From: Dendrobates tinctorius | Taxonomy: Eukaryota | Direction of reading: 5' to 3' | Length of the DNA: 64,000 nucleotides | Assembly: GCF_039654945.1 (NCBI RefSeq) | Contig: NW_027361672.1 | Location: forward strand, 12,338,001 to 12,402,000 | Shown here: positions 1 to 13,355 of the stretch, piece after piece | Position numbering within the stretch: the first letter of the stretch is position 1 | How the letters are laid out: each line of letters opens with the position of its first letter | Program-made: the position numbers and the translations under genes | The notes under the pieces: model-generated | The model's database searches: none | What the model saw: the letters and a program-made list of their open reading frames with translations, nothing else | Told to the model about the DNA's origin: nothing

Positions 1-469
1 CATTTTGGACACAGCGAAAAACCGCGGCGTCCAAAGCGCTGCTATTTCCTGATCATGGGCACGTACCCTTACATTTCTTCCAACATTTCATAGGATGTAG
101 ACCTATAACAGAAGGTGTGGCTCAGAGGCGTATCTGGGGGGCATGTGAGGCATCTGCCCCTGGCGCATCCAACAGGGGGTTGCTTTTGGGCCCCCTAATA
201 CGGCGGTCCAAAGTGTCTCCCCAGGAGGCTGTGTTTTGCCGTCACCTGGACTTGGAGACTGCCTTTTTCTGAACAGTGAACAAATGTACTTGCATCTTTC
301 AGATGCGAGTACAATTGAAGCTTTGACCGCCGGGTCAGAGCAACTTCGGTAGCCTAATCAGGTCATGCGATCACGCTGCTGATGCCACTCGCCAGTGCTA
401 CAAAGGCACAAAGAACATTGGTGGTAGGTGCTCCAGTGGAACTGAAGACACCAAAGATTTAGTGTAACG

Positions 470-1130
470 GGGAGTGATTTAGTGTGGGGCGGGTGAGGGA
501 GATTTAGTGAGGGCAGATCTAGTGTGGGGCTGGGGTAGATTTAGTTTTGTGGGGGGAGGGACGGGGGAGATTTGGTAGGGAAGATTTAGTGGGGTGAAAG
601 GGAGGGGAGATTTAGTGTGGGGGAGAGGAAGATTTAGTGTAATAGTGGAGTGAGGAAATTTTAGTGTAATGGAGAAAGGGGAAGATTTGAGGACATAAGT
701 TTGGGAAGCAAGAAAGGGACAGGTACAGACACAATATGGGAAGAAATTTGAAGGCACAGTAGGGAGGGCATGTATGATGAAACATTATGAGGAATGGCAA
801 ACACAGTTTAGTGAGTGGGGGATGGGTGCGGACACTGTCTGAGGAGCAAGGGTGGAATGTATGAAGGGAATGGGTGCAGACACAGTATGGTGAGTGAGGG
901 GATTGGTGTGGACACAGAATGGGGAGGATGGGTGAAAATGCAGTATGAGGAGTGAAGAGGGTAATGTATGTGAACACAGTATGAGGAGTGAGTAGAGGAA
1001 TGGGTGCAGACACATTATGGTGAGTGAGGGGATGGGTGCGGGCACAGTATGAGGAGTGAGGGGGGAATGTATGCAGACACAGTATGGGAAGTGAAGGTGA
1101 TGAAATGTCATATTGTAATAAAGACACAGC
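470..1130. repeat. Degenerate G/A-rich minisatellite region
   Basis: Recurring motifs gatttagtgtggg and gatgggtgcagacacagtatg...gagtgaggg; explains the P/H/L/C-rich ORFs on the minus strand. Confidence 0.75.
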
Positions 1131-2745
1131 AAGAATAAAGTCCTTTATTTGGAATGAAAACTCCTCACCCTCTTTTACTCATTTATTTTTAAAAATTTAA
1201 AAAAGACAAACACCATATTCCTTACCTGTCCAATCAGAAGATAACCCATACCTGTGCCACAACCATCCAGATGGTTTGGAGAGTAGCCACATCAGTGATG
1301 CAACTACTCTCCACACCAGCCGGAACAAATGGAGCAGAGCGTGATAAGCGCTGCCTGCCTGTGACAGGTGGTGACGTCACAAGCTTAAAGCCTTCTGTCA
1401 GGGCCACCTGGAGCATTTTAGCTCGGCGGAACACATAATTCAACATAATGTTAATTGACAATCTTTAATGTATGTGTTTCTGCATTTGTTTTGCTAGTGT
1501 TTGTTCCTTTTTTTGCCGCCTCCCCTCCTTTTTGCTGTTAACTTTCTTCTCCTATTTCGCCCTATTTTTCTCTGTGAGCTTTCTGCCCATTCAACCTCCC
1601 CTCTTTTTTACTTAGTGGTTATTTTGTGGTGGATTCTAGAGCTGTCAGACGTGAATCTGACACTGACTCTTCATGGCTTTTAACACAAAGTTTTCTACCG
1701 ATCTGAAGCCTCTACTTGCCACGGATACAGTCACAGTCATTGGTGAAGAGGGAATACTCCCACCAAGGACAACCTCACCTACTGGCCCAAGGCTTTGGAG
1801 TTTTTTAGACTTCTCAGGACAAAGACCAAAAGGATGTTCCACACAACCGCAGCGATACCACAATCTTTTCTTACTGGAACTGCTGATGGTGGAGTCAGGT
1901 TTGAGGTGCAGGTAGCCACAAGGTACCACTCTTAGGCAGTTTGCAGTACTGCAGATGCTGACCTCAGGGGTCAGGTGCGCAGACACGAAAGGACTAGAAC
2001 TCCGTTCAGACTACTAGGTTCAGGATCCACTGTACAACGATTACTGATACGGAGTCTCAGACAGGGCTGATTTGGAGACTGATAGGACAGTCCAGATACA
2101 CGGAAAACTCAGATAGGCACACATTCAGACACCTGGGTCTCGGATACTGATTCAGAGAATGGCCACACACGGATCGGGTGACGAGCTTCAGGAATGGCCA
2201 CAATAGGATCAGGAAGTTCGGGTTCAAGACTGGACTCACAGTGACCAGGGCCTTTGGGTTCATTGCTGGCTGCACAAGGCCAGGGTCTACGGGTTCGGGA
2301 AACTAGCCACACCAGGACCAGGGGACATCACAACTCATTAGTAGACTACCACACTATGTAATGATTCACAATTGCCTGACACCTCCATATTGGGGAGGGT
2401 GCCTTTTAAACCAGTTGCCTCCCAGCTATTGGCTGGAAGCCATCTTACAGGTGTTCTTATACTAAATTACTCCCAGCCATTGACAGTGCTGGAATCAATG
2501 CTGGAATCGGCCATAACTGGATATGGCTGGCTTGGTCGTACAATGTCCATTATGAAAGCAGAAAGTAACTGCAACTTGAAGGTGGGTTTTGGGAGAGGGG
2601 AGCTAGACATTGGACCATGACTCTTCAAGAGGAACTGCGTTTCTGTGTCTTTTCTAAAGATGGAGTTATAGCCATGAGAACAGTATATGTTTGACAGCTA
2701 GCAGTCTCTTTTGCTTAGAGGTGGAAGCCATTGTAGGTCCTACAA

Positions 2746-5700
2746 ATTATTATTATTATTTATTATTATAGCGCCATTTATTCCATGGCGCTTTACATGT
2801 TTGGAGGGGTATACATAATACATACAAGTACAGTAATCTTAAACAATACAAGTCACGACTGGTACAGGATGAGAGGACCCTGCCCACGAGGGCTCACAAT
2901 CTACAACGGGATGGGTGAGGATACAGTAGGCGAGGGTAGATCTGGTCGTGCAGCGGTTTGGTGGATCGGTGGTTACTGCAAGTTGTAGGCTTGTCGGAAG
3001 AGGTAGGTCTTCAAGTTCTTTTTGAAGGTTTCCATGGTAGGCGAGAGTCTGATATGTTGTGGTAGAGAGTTCCAGAGTAGAGGGGATGCGCGGGAGAAAT
3101 CTTGTATGCAATTGTGGGAAGAGGAGATAAGAGGGGAGTACAGAAGGAGATCTTGTGAGGATCGGAGGTTTCGTGCAGGAGACAAGGTCACAGATATACG
3201 GAGGACTCAGGTTGTGGATGGCTTTGTATGTCATGGTTAGGGTTTTGAACTGGAGTCTTTGGGTAATGGGGAGCCAGCCCAGGGATTGACAGAGGGGAGA
3301 GGCCAGGGAATAGCGGGGGGACAGGTGGATTAGTCGGGCAGCAGAGTTAAGAATAGATTGGAGGGGTGCGAGAGTGTTAGAGGGGAGTCCACAGAGCAGG
3401 AGGTTGCAGTAGTCAAGACGGGAGATGATGAGGGCATGGACTAGGGTTTTTGCATATTCTTGGTTGAGGAATGTACGGATCCGTGAAATATTTTTGAGTT
3501 GAAGTCGGCAGGAAGCGGAAAGGGCTTGGATATGTGGTTTGAAAGAGATCAGTGTCAAGGATAACCCCGAGGCAGCGAGCTTGTGGGACTGGAGAGAGTG
3601 GGCAGCCGTTTACTTTAATGGATAGGTCCGTTGGGGGGGTCACGTGAGATGGGCGAAAGATGATTAATTCTGTTTTGTCCATATTAAGTTTAAGAAATCT
3701 AGCGGAGAAGGATGAAATAGCAGACAGACATTGAGGGATTCTGTTTAGTAGGGAGGTGATATCTGGTCCAGAGATGTAGATCTGTGTGTCTTCAGCATAG
3801 AGATGATACTGAAAGCCATGAGATTCTATGAGCTGTCCGAGGTCGAAGGTGTAAACGGAGAAGAGCAGGGGCCCTAGGACTGAACCTTGCGGGCCTCCGA
3901 CGGATAGGGGGGCGAGGTGAGGAGGTGGTGTGCGAATGGGAGACGCTGAATGTCCGGTCTGCTAGGTATGACGCAATCCAAGATAGGGCCAAGTCTGTGA
4001 TACCAAGAGATGAGAGGGTCTGTAGTAATAGGGAATGGTCCACTGTGTCAAAGGCAGAGGACAGGTCCAGGAGGAGGAGGACATAGTAGTGTCACTTGGC
4101 CTTGGTGGCTAGAAGGTCATTGTGACCTTAGTTAGGGCAGTTTCAGTGGAGTGGTGTGGCTGGAAGCCGGATTGCAAGTGGTCAAGGAGGGAGCAAGAAG
4201 AGAGATGGGAGGATATTTCAAGATGGACGTGTTGTTCCAGTAGTTTTGAGGCATAGGGGAGAAGTGATATAGGGCGATAGCTAGATACGTAGTATGGGTC
4301 AAGGGAGGGCTTTTTGAGGATAGGTGTGATTGAGGCATGTTTAAAGCTTGAGGGGAAAACACCAGTTGTTAGTGATAGGTTGAAGAGATGGGTTAGGGTT
4401 GGGATGAAGACAGTGGTGAGGTTTGGGATGAAGTGGGATGGGATCGGGTCAAGTGCACAGGTAGTGAGATGTGATCTTGAGAGTAGAGTGGAGAGTCGAT
4501 CTTCTGTAATGGTGGAGAAATTGGTTTTGGGGGAGGAGGGCAGGGCAGGTAGGAGGAAGGGCACTGGGGGTTGTTGACCAAAACTGTCTCTGATGTTATC
4601 AATCTTCTCCTTGAAAAATGAGGCAAAGTCTTCAGCTGAGATGAGTGGAGAGGGAGGAGGTGCTGGGGGGTGGAGGAGAGAATTGAAGGTGTTGAATAAC
4701 TGTTTAGGGCTGTGACACAGGGAGGATATGAGAGATGAGAAGTAGGTTTGTTTTGCTGCAGCGAGTGTGGCCTTGAAAGTAGTGAGGGACTGTTTGAATG
4801 TGATGAAGTCCTCATTGGAGTGGGATTTTTTCCATCTCTGCTCAGCAGCCCTGGAAGCCCGCCTCAGTTCTTTGGTCAGACTGGTGCGCCAGGGCTGTCT
4901 GTTGATTTTGCAAGCTTTGGTTTGTTTGAGAGGGGAAACTGATTCCAAAGCTACAGCTATTGTGGTGTTATATAGAGCGGCAGTGGCATCCGCATTGTGT
5001 AGGGAACTTATGTCTGTAAGAGGGAGGAGGGATTCAGACAGTGAGTGTAGATCGAGGTGTTGAAGATATCTGCGAGGGTGTGCGAGTTTTTGAGCTGGGG
5101 ATTGTGGACCTGAGGAGAGGGAAGAGAATGTAAGTAGGTTGTGGTCAAAGAGAGGAAGAGGGGAGTTAGAGAGGCTAGATAGGGAGCAGAGGCGGGTGAA
5201 GATGAGGTCCAGTGTGTGGCCATCTTTGTGAGTGGCTGCAGAAGACCATTGAGGCCGAAGGAGGAAGTGAGAGATAGAAGTTTAGTGGCAGCTGAGAGGG
5301 AAGTGTCAATGGGGATGTTGAAGTCGCCCAAGATGATAGTGGGGATATCAGTGGAAAGGAAATGAAGTAGCCAGGTGGTGAAGTGGTCAAAGAAGGTGGT
5401 GGCTGACCCTGGAGGGCGGTATATGACAGCTAGTTGGAGGTTGGAGGGGGAGTAGATGCGCACAGAGTGCACCTCGAAGGAAGGGAGGGTAAGAGAGGGC
5501 GGCAGTGGGATTGGGGTGAAGGAGCAGTTATCTGACAGGAGAAAACCAACTCCTCCACCATGCTTGCAGCTGGGGCAGGGGGTGTGGGAAAGATGGAATC
5601 CACCATATGAGAGTGCAGCAAGAGAGGCTGTGTCAGAGGAGGTGAGCCAGGTTTCGGTGATGGCGACGAAGGAAAGTTTGTTAGTAATAAAGAGATCAAT

Positions 5701-6420
5701 GATGAAAGAAAGTTTGCTGCAGACAGAGCGAGCGTTCCACAGAGCTCCTGTTAGTGGGACTGGGGAAGCTGGGGCTGGGCGAATGTGTATAACATAGTAA
5801 TTAAGGTTGAAGGGAGACTTTAAGTCCATCTAGTTCAACCCATATCCTATCCTAACTTGCCCTAACATGTTGATCCAAAGGAAGGCAAAAAAAAACCCAT
5901 GTGGCAACAGTAAGCTTCACATTGGGGAAAAAAATTCCTTCCCGACTCCACATACGGCAATCAGACTAGCTCCCTGGATCAACGCATTAAGGAGACTAGT
6001 GTATATACCCTGTAATATTATACTTTTCAAGAAAGGCATCCAGTCCCTTCTTAAATTTTTTGGAATGGTTACGGAAAGTTGTGATTGGGTGTGGATGGGA
6101 GGTAGAAATGACTGTGGGAATGTGGTGAGGATGACCAGGATTTGGAGAGATATCGCCGGCAGTGAGGAGGAGCAGAGAGAGTGTTACCAGGTGGGAGCAG
6201 GAGAGGGCATGAGGGGGCTGTCTGTGTTTGGAGACAGAGGATTGTATGTTGAGGAACAGATCTGTGGAAGAGGCGAGATGGATTGGAAGGATTGAAGAAG
6301 AGATGAACAGTTCCTTGGTGTAGGGATTAGTGGGGTTATCAGAAAGTGAAGGATTATAAGGGTTAGAGTGGAAACAAACAAAAATATTGTTTACAGTGAC
6401 TCTTTCCAGTTACCTTCTGT
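2746..6420 (-). mobile_element. L2-clade LINE, long decayed copy with frameshifted ORF2 (APE endonuclease + RT)
   Basis: APE motifs (WNARS, AITETWL, IYRPP, ILGDFN) in ORF 5008-5829; RT motifs (DPIPS, YRPISLL, QSGF...HSTETAL) in ORF 4109-4948; catalytic YADD decayed to YAED near 3785-3800; L2-type C-terminus [14 protein letters not shown]; (AAT)n 3' tail at ~2746-2770. The 5' boundary is approximate. Confidence 0.93.
5791..6060 (-). mobile_element. CR1-type LINE 3' end fragment inserted into the L2
   Basis: Reverse strand ends ...gggttgaactagatggac...ttcaacctta...actatgtt; the same tail occurs on the + strand at ~23950-24012. It interrupts the L2 reading frame. Confidence 0.7.
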
Positions 6421-6932
6421 TCCCTTCTGGTTCAATTCTGGATTAATTCATATTTTCATATCATCTCACACTTTTAAGATACACACTTCTAGGATACACA
6501 CTGCAGACTAAAGTCTTGGCAGACCACAAATAGTGGTATCTTTGTGATAGGTCTTAGTGAAGGCAATCTAGTTGCCAAAACCAGCTACTAGTGGGCAGAC
6601 ATTGAACATTTATGCACCAAATGTAGCCTGTGATCTTAATTACACTACATTCAAATTGACTTTAGTGGTGTCTGCTTGACACTGAGGTCCATGGGCATCA
6701 ATGGGTTCTCACTTGGCTGGCGGAGGCCAAAAGACTGACCTTTTGGCCTCAGTATACTTATTTTTTCTGTATAGAATAGCTAAGCAGACTGTACCACTCC
6801 TTACCTAGGCATCCATTAAAAACATATAAAATGCACTTACAGTATATGGAGGTAAATGTCAGGGGGATCTCCATCATTTATACCTGCAAGGAGCACAGTG
6901 TGAACAGACCCATAAAGAGGAGGAGACAAATA

Positions 6933-8407
6933 TATTGCTAAAAAATAAAGGGAACACTAAAATACCACATCCTAGATATCTCTGAATGAAATATTCGAGT
7001 GGCAAATCTTTATTCATTACATAGTGGAATGTGTTGAGAACAATAAAACATAAAAATTATCAATGTAAATCAAAATTAATATCCCATGGAGGTCTGGATT
7101 TGGAATTATACTCAAAATCAAGTGGAAAATTAAATTACAGGCTGATCCAACTTCAGTGGAAATGCCTCAAAACAAGGAAATGATGCTCAGTAGTGTGTGC
7201 GGCCACCACGTGCTTGTATGACCTCCCTACAACACCTGTGCATGGTCCTGATGAAGCAGTGAATGTTCTCCTGAGGGATCACCTCCCAGACCTCGATTAA
7301 AGCATCAGTCAACTCCTGGACAGTCTGTGGTGCAACGTGATATTGGTGGATGGAACGAGACATGATTTCCCAGATGTGCTCGATTGGATTCAAGTTTGGG
7401 GAACAGGTACACCAGTCCATAGCATCAATGCCTTTATCATGTAGGAATTGCTGACACACTTCAGCCACATGTGGCCTAGCATTGTCATGCATCAGTAGGA
7501 ACCCAGGGCCCTGTATACCTGCATATGGTCTCACAATGAGTCTGAGGATCTCATCCCAGTACCTAATGGCAGTCGGGGTACATTTGGCTAGCACATAGAG
7601 GGCTGTGCGTTCTCCATGATGGCTCCAGACCCTGTCGTGCCCGTCACATGTGCTCAGTGTGAATATGCTCTTATCCATAAAGAGCACAAGGCACCAATGT
7701 CAAATCTGCCAATCTTGGTACTTTCTGGCAAATGCCAATCATCCTACATGGTGCTGTGCTGTAACTCCAACACCCACCTGTGGACATTGGGCCCTCATAC
7801 CACCCTCATGGAGTCTGTTTCTGACAGGTTGAGCATAGACATGGATGTCAGCGGCCTCCTGGAGGTCATTTTGCAGGGCTCTGGCACAGCTCTTCCTTGC
7901 ACAAAGGAGGAGTTGGCAGTCCTGCTGCCGGGTAATTGCTCTACTACGGCCCCCTCCACATCTCCTGGTGTATTGTACTGTCTCCTGGTATCTGCTCCAT
8001 GCTCTGGACACTGTGCTGACAGACACAGCTACCCTTCTTGCCACAGCTCGCACTGATGTGCCATCCTGAATGAGCTGCACTACCTGAGCAACTTCTGTGG
8101 GTTGCCACTGTACCTCTAGGGGTGAGAGCAATGACAAAATGCAAAAGTGACCAAAACAACAGCCAAAAAAGATGAGAACAGGTATATGGTCTGTGGTCAC
8201 CACCTACAGAACCACTCCTTCTATAGGCGTTGTCTTGCTAATTGCCTATAATTTCTACCTGTTGTCTGTTCCATTTGCACAACAGCAGGAGAAACTGATT
8301 CACATTCGGTGTTGTTTCATAACTGGACAGGTTGATTTCACAGAAGTGTGATTGACTTGGAGTTACATTTGTGTTGTTTAGTGTTCCCTTTATTTTTTTG
8401 AGCAGTG
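6933..8407 (-). mobile_element. Tc1-family DNA transposon, decayed
   Basis: TIR cactgctcaaaaaaataaagggaacact at both ends with flanking TA; HTH region in ORF 7739-8203 and catalytic region (MHDNARPH, SPNLNPIEH) in ORF 7187-7687, broken by frameshifts. Confidence 0.93.
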
Positions 8408-8749
8408 TATGATGTGTGAAGGAGAAAAGGGTCCAGGGATCTAAGAGGAACACATAAAAGGTCTATGGGAAAAATGTACTGTGAATAATGTCAAAGTGGA
8501 TATGATTGAGTGTAAGACTAGTTATTCAGAGTTTGGAGAAAAATGTATTAATGACAAAAGCAGGAAGATTACTGAATAGCTGTATAAATCAATGTTAATT
8601 GCTGGCTGAATTTGCAGTGTGGAATGACAATTGTGTATTAGCCCTATTAGACATAAGTATGAGTATGCAACTGGTGGTTTATTTTAAACCTACAAGACTG
8701 AAAAGATCCTGTGCGATTCTTCATTGTTAAATTCTACAATAGAGTATTA

Positions 8750-9153
8750 AGCCCCGTTACACACTGCGATATCGCTAGCAATATCGCTGTAAAGTCACCG
8801 ATTTTGTGACGTTGCAGCGATATTGCTAGCGATATCGCTGCATGTGATGCTTACCTCCGACCGGCTCCCCCGCTGATTATCGCTGATCGCGTGAGAAGCT
8901 CCTGGACCATTCCTCGTCGGCCACTTCCTGCTGGGCTTCCTGTGGCGTCGACGAGCGACGCGTGGAGCCGGGCGGGAGGACGCAGGATCGCCGCGTCTGA
9001 CAGGTAAGTAGCGATCCCCAACCACCGCTATGTCGCTGGTGAGATCTGCCTGTGTGGCAGCTCACTAGCGACCACCTAGGAATGCACCAGCGATCCTGAC
9101 CGCGTCATATCGCTAGTCGGATCGCTGGTGCATCGCTAGGTGTAACGGTATCC
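8750..9153. mobile_element. PIF/Harbinger-type MITE, gcgat/atcgct-rich family
   Basis: Imperfect TIRs (gccccgttacac...gtgtaacggtatcc), TTA on both sides; relatives elsewhere in the window. Confidence 0.8.
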
Positions 9154-9374
9154 TTAGTTCCCCAGACTAGTCAGCCCTCTTTTCATGCTATTACACCCCC
9201 CTGTGGGCCTGGTAACATAATTTGCACAAGCCGGCCTCATTGCAGCTCAAGCAAATCTAGCGCATGCATGTCGCTCATTTCGGCAAACACTGATCTGCAT
9301 GAGAATCTGCCTCTGGAGCGTAAATGAAAGGGGTGCATTTTTCTTATTATGTAAATGACTGCATCATTTTTTAA

Positions 9375-10258
9375 ATCTGACCAGTGTCACGTTATGAGGT
9401 AATAACTCTGGACCGCTTCAAGGGAAACCAGTAATTCTGAGTGTTGCCTACATGACATATTATACTTCAGGATAATGGTAAAATTTGTTCATAGTGACGC
9501 ATTTATTTGTTAAAATATATCGAAAATTTTGAAAAAGTTTCACAATTTCCAAATTTTAATTCTTATGCCCTTAAACCAGAGAGTTATGTCACACAAAATA
9601 GTTAATAAATAACATTTCCCAGTTGTCTACTTTACATCAGCACAATTTTTTAAACATTATTTTTTTTTTTGTTAGGAAGTTAGGAGTGTTAAAATGAACA
9701 TTTTACTTCAGCCCCAAATTTTTATTTTCACAAGGGTAAGAGCAGAAAATGTGTTGTGTAATTTCTCTTGAGTATGCCTACAGCACATATGTGGGGGTAA
9801 ACTAGTGGGTGCATGGTAGAGCTTGGAAGGGAAAAAGCACATTTTGACCTTTTGAACGCAAAAATCGCTGGAATTGAGAGCGAACACCATGTTGTGTTTG
9901 GAAAGCCCCTGATATGCCTGAACAGTGGGGAACTCCCCACAAGTGACCCCATTGTTTAAACTAGACTCCTCAAGGAATATATCTAGATGTGTGGTGAGCC
10001 CCTTGAATCCCCTGATACTTTACAGATGTTTATAACGTAGAGCCGTGAAAATTAAAAAAAAAAATCACACTTCTCCGACAAAAATGTTTTTTCAAACCCA
10101 TTTTTTTATTTTTACAATGGTAGCAGGAAAAAATGCACCCTAAAATTTGTTGAGCAATTTCTCCTGAGCATGCCGATATCCCATATGTGGAGGAAAGCTA
10201 GTGTTTGGGCGCATGGCAGGGCTCGGAAGGGAAGGAGCAGAGTTTGACTTTTTGAACG
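9375..10258 (+). mobile_element. Older partial copy of a large non-autonomous piggyBac-like element
   Basis: Colinear with 10310 onward and with the reverse complement of ~55000-55800; cut off at a TTAA where a second copy begins. Confidence 0.7.
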
Positions 10259-10879
10259 TTAACCCCTTTACCCCCAAGGGTGGTTTGCACGTTCATGACC
10301 GGGCCAATTTTTACAATTCTGACCACTGTCCCTTTATGAGGTAATAACTCTGGAACGCTTCCATGGATCCCAGTGATTCTGACATTGTTTTCTCGAGACA
10401 TATTGTACTTCATGTTAGTGGTAACATTTCATTTATATAACTTGCGTTTATTTGTGAAAAAAATGGAAATTTGGCAAAAATTTTGAAAATTTCGCAATAT
10501 TCCAAGTTTAAATTTTTATGCCCTTAAATCACAGAGATATGGCACACAAAAAACTTAAGTAACATTTCCCACATTTTTACTTTACATCAGCACAATTTTG
10601 GAACCAAATTTTTTTTTTTTGTTAGGAAGTTATAAGGGTTAAAAGCTGACCAGCGATTTCTAATTTTTACAACACCATTTTTCTTTAGGGACCACGTCAC
10701 ATTTGAAGTCACTTTGAGGGGTCTATATGAGAGAAAATACCCAAAAGTGATCCAATTCTAAAAACTGCACCCCTGACGGTACGCAAAACCACATTCAAGA
10801 AGTTTATTAACCCTTCAGGTGCCACAGGAATTTTTTTAATGTTTTAAAAAAAATGAACATTTAACTTTTTTTCACAAAA

Positions 10880-12265
10880 AAATTACTTCAGGTCCAATTT
10901 GTTTTATTTTACCAAGGGTAACAGGAGAAATTGGACCATAAAAGTTATTGAGCAATTTGTCCTGAGTACTCTGATGCCTGATATGTGGGGGGAACCACTG
11001 TTTCGGCGCATGGCAGAGCTCAGAAGGGAAGGAGTGCCGTTTGACTTTTTTCTCAACGCAAAATTGGCTGGAATTGAGATCGGACACCATGTCACGTATT
11101 GAGAGCCCCTGATGTGCCTAAACAGTGGAAACCCCCCACAAGTGACCCCATTTTGGAAACTAGACCCCCCCAAGGAACTTATCTAGAAATGTGGTGAGAA
11201 CTTTGAACCCCAAGGGCTTCACAGAAGTTTATAACAATCGTACAATTAAAAAATCATAATTTTTCCACGAAAATGGTCTTTTCGCCCCCAATTTTTATTT
11301 ACCCATGGGAAACAGGACCCCAAAAGTTATTGAGCAATTTGTCTTTAGTACGCTGATACCCCATATGTGGGGGTAAACCGCTGTTTGGGCGCATGGCAGA
11401 GCTCAGAAGGGAATGAGCGCCTTTTGACTTTTTCAACGCAGAATTGGCTTGATGCCATATCGCATTTGGAGAGCCCCTGATGTGCCTAAACAGGGGAAAC
11501 CCCCCACAAATGACACCATTTTGGAAACTAGACCCCCCAAGGAACTTATCTAGATGTGTAGTGAGAACTTTGAACCCCCAAGGGCTTCACAGAAGTTTAT
11601 AAAATACAGCTGTAAAAGTAAAAAATCATATTTCTTCCACAAAAATGATCTTTTCACCCCCAATTTTTATTTTCCCAAGGAAAACAGGACCTCAAATTTG
11701 TCCTGAGTATGCTGATACCTCATATGTGGGGGTAAAACACTGGTTGGGCGCATGGCAGAGCTCAGAAGGGAAGGAACGTCGTTTGACGCAAAATTGGCTG
11801 GAATTGAGATCGGGTGTCATGTCACGTTTGGAGAGCCCCTGATGTGAATAAAGCTGTGGAAACCCCACACAAGTGACCCCATTTTGGAAACTAGACCCCC
11901 CAAGGAACTTATCTAGATGTGTGGTGAGCACTTTGAACCCCCAAGTGCTTCACAGAAGTTTATAATGTAGAGCCATAAAAATAAAAAAATTTTTTTTCCA
12001 CAAAAATGATATTTTTTTTGCCCCTAATTTTTTAATTTCCCAAGGGTAACAGGAGAAATTGGACTCCAAAAGTTGTTCTGCAATTTGTCCTGAGTACGTT
12101 GATACCCCATATGTGGGGGTAAACCACTGTTTGGGCGCATGGCAGAGCTTGGAAGGGAAGGAGCACCGTTTGACTTTTTCAACGCCGAATTGGCTGGAAT
12201 TGAGATCAGATGCCATGTTGCGTTTGGAGAACCCCTGATGTGCTTAAACAGTGGAAACCCCCCAA
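10880..12265. repeat. ~365-bp-unit tandem repeat (about 4 copies) inside the piggyBac-like element
   Basis: Marker ttggaaactagacccccc aaggaacttatctag recurs at ~11155, ~11521 and ~11884; gggcgcatggcagagctc recurs four times. Confidence 0.85.
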
Positions 12266-12450
12266 TTATAACTCCAACCCTAACCCCAACACACCCCTAA
12301 CCCTAATCTCAGCCCTAACCCTAACGGGAAAATGGAAGTAAATACATTTTTTTTACTTTATTATTTTTCCCATAACTAAGGGGGTGATAAAGGGGGATTT
12401 GATTTACTATTTATGGCGGGTTTTTATGTTTGGCAGCTGTCACACGCTAA

Positions 12451-13355
12451 GGCTGTGTGCACACGTAGCGATTTTTAAGCGTTTTTGCCGCGATTTTCGG
12501 CGCGAAAACGCTTAAAAATCGTGTACAGAACGCCCCCCATGCATTCCTATGGCATTCCGCACATGCTGTGCTAATGCTGCGCTTTAGTCCGCGGCGGAAT
12601 CGCATCGCGGAAAAAATCGCAGCATGCTCATTCTTTGTGCGGAATCGCAAAGAATTGCCACGATTCCGCACCCATAGGAATGCATGAGAATCGCTTACTT
12701 CCCGCATGTGGCTATGCCCACCATGCGGGAAGTTAAGCGTCTCATGTGCGGTTGGTACCCACGGTGTGGAGGAGAGGAGACTGTCCTCCAGGCCCTGGGT
12801 ACCATACCCCTGTAAAAAAAAGAATAAAAAATAAAAAATCGGGGTATATTTACCTTCCGGCGTCCCGCGATGCATTCCCGGCCTAAGCGTTCCCAGTAAT
12901 GCCTTGCGGCAAGGTCCTGTGATGACGTGGTCTCGCGAGATCGCTATAGCAACGCGAGACTACCTCATCACAGGTCTCGCAAGGCATTACTGGGAACGCT
13001 GAGGCCCGGGAATGCAGCGCGGGACGCCGGAAGGTAAATATACCCCGATTTTTTTTTAGCATTTTAACATTCTATCTTTTACTATTGATGCCGCATAGGC
13101 GGCCTCAATAGTAAAAACCTGGTCACACTTGTCAAACACTATGTTTGACGAGTGTGACCAACCTGTCAATCACTTTCCAAGCGATGCTTCAAATCGCTTG
13201 GAAAGTGCTTGAATATCGCACGCGAAAATCGCGGCAAAATCGCGATCTTAATCGCGGTAAAATCGCGGTGAAATCGCGCGGAAAAAAACGCGCGATTTCT
13301 GGGAAGGAGTCCGGTTTTTAGCAAGCGTTTTAAAACGCTACGTGTGCACATAGCC
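12451..13355. mobile_element. PIF/Harbinger-type MITE with internal hairpin
   Basis: TIR ggctgtgtgcacacgtagcg...cgctacgtgtgcacatagcc with exact TAA duplication; nested in the piggyBac-like element. Confidence 0.9.

Noticed and set aside
1640-2625. Possible LTR-like element with tcagg-rich repeats (a similar stretch lies at ~21380-21883)
   Set aside because: Could not define matching TG...CA termini or a TSD.
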